Part shown: positions 60,779-64,000 of the stretch, piece after piece | How positions within the stretch are numbered: position 1 is the stretch's first letter | Layout: each line of letters begins with the position of its first letter | From: Eledone cirrhosa | Lineage: Eukaryota | Direction: 5' to 3' | NCBI GenBank assembly: GCA_964016885.1 | Contig: OZ024753.1 | Location: 38,502,001-38,566,000, forward strand | DNA: 64,000 bases | The notes under the pieces: model-generated | What the model saw: only the letters and a program-made list of their open reading frames with translations | What the model was told of the DNA's origin: nothing | Databases searched by the model: none | Made by a program: the position numbers and the translations under genes

Positions 60779-60957
60779 GTCTAAAGTATATTGTGAGGGA
60801 GAGAGAAATAGATGTTGTCAACTATCACAGTTAAAACATTTCAATCAATCTTAGTTACTATTTTCTGTTAGTTTAGATGTTGATCAAAGTTTCATTAGAT
60901 AGCAAAACCAGTTTGAAAGTTAAGAATGGGAAAAAGTCAAACCAAACCAAAAATGAA

Positions 60958-61000
<43 letters not shown>

Positions 61001-62158
61001 ATCCAACAAAAACAACCGAAATAACAACTCTCTCAAACAAAAAAACAATACATAAGACAAACAGAAACAACAAACAAAATAAGCATAAACAACAACAACT
61101 ATAAGAAAGAAACCCCCCCCCCCTCTCCACCATCTCCACCCCTCTTCCCCTCCCCTCTCCCCTCTTCCCCCTCCCTCAACAGTATCTGATGTTGAATGGA
61201 CAGTTACTAATTAAGATGTCACATGAAAATCGATGCATTATTCTCGGCGTCTCACTCAGTTCACTTTCGTTTCGTTTGGAAACTTCGAAAACTCCGGGTT
61301 TGTTATTTTGTCTACCACTAAGCCGAAACCTATCTAACTTTGCTTTACTTTGCTGGCTCTGCCAATGATTGCTCTTCGTTCTTCTTCCTCCTCCTCCTCC
61401 TCCTCCTCCTCCTCCTCCTCCTCCTCCTCCTTCTCCTCCAATCATTGTATCATCTTTATATCTATCATATACTATGATACTATGGCTTACAATAATGTCC
61501 TCCTTCTTTTTACTTCATCCAACTTGGCTTTACCGGTCTTTTGATGATGATTTTCGATTTTTTTATTTTTTTATTTTTATTTTTATTTCTTCTCCTCCTA
61601 CAAGAATGTGAATGATATCGTTGAAACATATGGCTATTCTATCACAAAATTTATGGTTCCCTTGATCCGAATGATTGTTAGAGTGACGCTTGTCTGAGAA
61701 CGAAATAACCACCACCACCACCACCACCACCACCACCACCACCATCATCATCATCACCATCACCAACAATAATAATAATAAAGAGAAAAAAAAAAAAGAT
61801 TGTGTCAAGATATAGTTACGTTTAAAACAGACAGGATAAAAGTATTTGGTTTTGTCTTGACTCTTGTTTTTATTTCATCTTTGTCGCTTCGTCTACGTCC
61901 GTTCACAAAACGGCTTTTAATATTTACATAAGCACAGCCAGCATGTAATTTCGATATCTGTCTTGTGATAAATCCCGTGGTTATAGGCCAACGAAATATG
62001 GCTTTATAATTTCTGAATTCTCAACAAAAAAAAAAACAAAAACACCAAGAATTATCAACTAAGGGCATCAAAATAATTTGTTTAAGATGTTCTTTTCTAG
62101 AACAAAAGGTTAAATTATTCAAAAAAACATTATTCAGTCCTGAAGTGGCCCATTTTTA

Positions 62159-62231
<73 letters not shown>

Positions 62232-62521
62232 GGTTATGCGAAATATTTAGTTTATATTTTAAAGTTAGAGGTTATATATATATGTATGCACGTGTGTGTG
62301 TATATGTGTTCATACATTAACTAAATCAATATGTATGTATGGATGTATGTTTATAAATGTATACGCACATATATAATCAGCCGTATTATATACATATATC
62401 TATCTATAGATTCATCTATATTTCTTTTACCAAATACATCTCTATTTCTTTGTCTTTAGCTTCTGTATTTGAAAAAAATGGGAGATAGATAAAGTAGATT
62501 AAGAGAGAGAAAGAGAGAGAG

Positions 62522-62644
<123 letters not shown>

Positions 62645-62726
62645 AAAGATACAGAGATATTTATTTACACAGAAAATACAATAGCAAGAAAAGAATGGTG
62701 CTTGAAATGTAAATATGTATACATAC

Positions 62727-62791
<65 letters not shown>

Positions 62792-62810
62792 ATATATATA
62801 TATATGTATG

Positions 62811-62967
<157 letters not shown>

Positions 62968-63074
62968 ATATTATATTAATTTTATATAATCTTATATTAT
63001 TTATACTCCAGTCCTACAAACTGTAGAGTGCTACTTATCCGATATTTGCATTGCTTTATTGTGCTACTCACCTC

Positions 63075-63209
<135 letters not shown>

Positions 63210-63584
63210 TATACCAGCTAATATTGTTATGAGACCAACGATATAGCAAAGACGGCACAACTAAAGTTGAAACAAAACTGAAATAAAATAAAAATAAAAT
63301 TGAAAAAAAATTCCAAATCTTAACAAAAATATACAACCAATGTGTCATCACCTTGATTCGAACTCATGTCTGTCTATCATCATCCAGAAAAAAAAATTGT
63401 CCTCAAAAAACAAACAAATTTTATACACACACAGACATATACATATATACATATAAATACATATTAAATATATATATATACACACATATTTATATATATA
63501 TATATACACATGTATATATATATACACACATATATATATATATACACATATATATATACACATATATATATACACACACACACT

Positions 63585-63734
<150 letters not shown>

Positions 63735-63770
63735 TACACATATATATACACACACACACGCACACGCACA

Positions 63771-63859
<89 letters not shown>

Positions 63860-64000
63860 CTATCAAATCCGTTATGCGGATACTTTACGGGGTTAATGAA
63901 TTCAGGTCCGTTCTATGTACTGCGCCCTTAAACTAATTTACCCCACGTCTCACTCGACCCCTGGATCATCACCTTCCGTTTATGGTTAGACAACCTTTCC

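Noticed and set aside
63935-63980. HHR-like GTGATGA...GAGACG on the minus strand near (TA)n
   Set aside because: Both core halves are mutated and the stems are unconvincing; at most a highly decayed relic.

Overview
AT-rich eukaryotic intronic or intergenic DNA dominated by microsatellites ((TA)n, (CA)n, (GA)n, trinucleotide runs). The tRNA-derived SINE families resemble those of coleoid cephalopods (Octopus-like; recognised by eye, not searched). No intact protein-coding gene is supported, and almost all six-frame ORFs are microsatellite artefacts. Recognisable relics are a degenerate Penelope-like element (PLE) RT/linker fragment, RTE-type LINE ends, hAT and piggyBac MITEs, many SINE copies and several minisatellites. 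The main signal is a set of different short (about 100-350 bp) elements sitting inside (TA)n tracts. Most are fold-back inverted repeats and many carry type I hammerhead ribozyme (HHR) folds. Three have a canonical core (6711-6782, 21670-21815, 51114-51194). Others are core variants (a compensated U3-A8 core, a family-wide U4A core) or half-HHRs whose palindrome axis lies in stem II. In the commonest family the two arms of each copy share copy-specific variants, suggesting the inverted arm is re-made at insertion. My interpretation, which is inference, is a multi-family system of TA-targeted, HHR-bearing PLE terminal-repeat (pLTR) derivatives.
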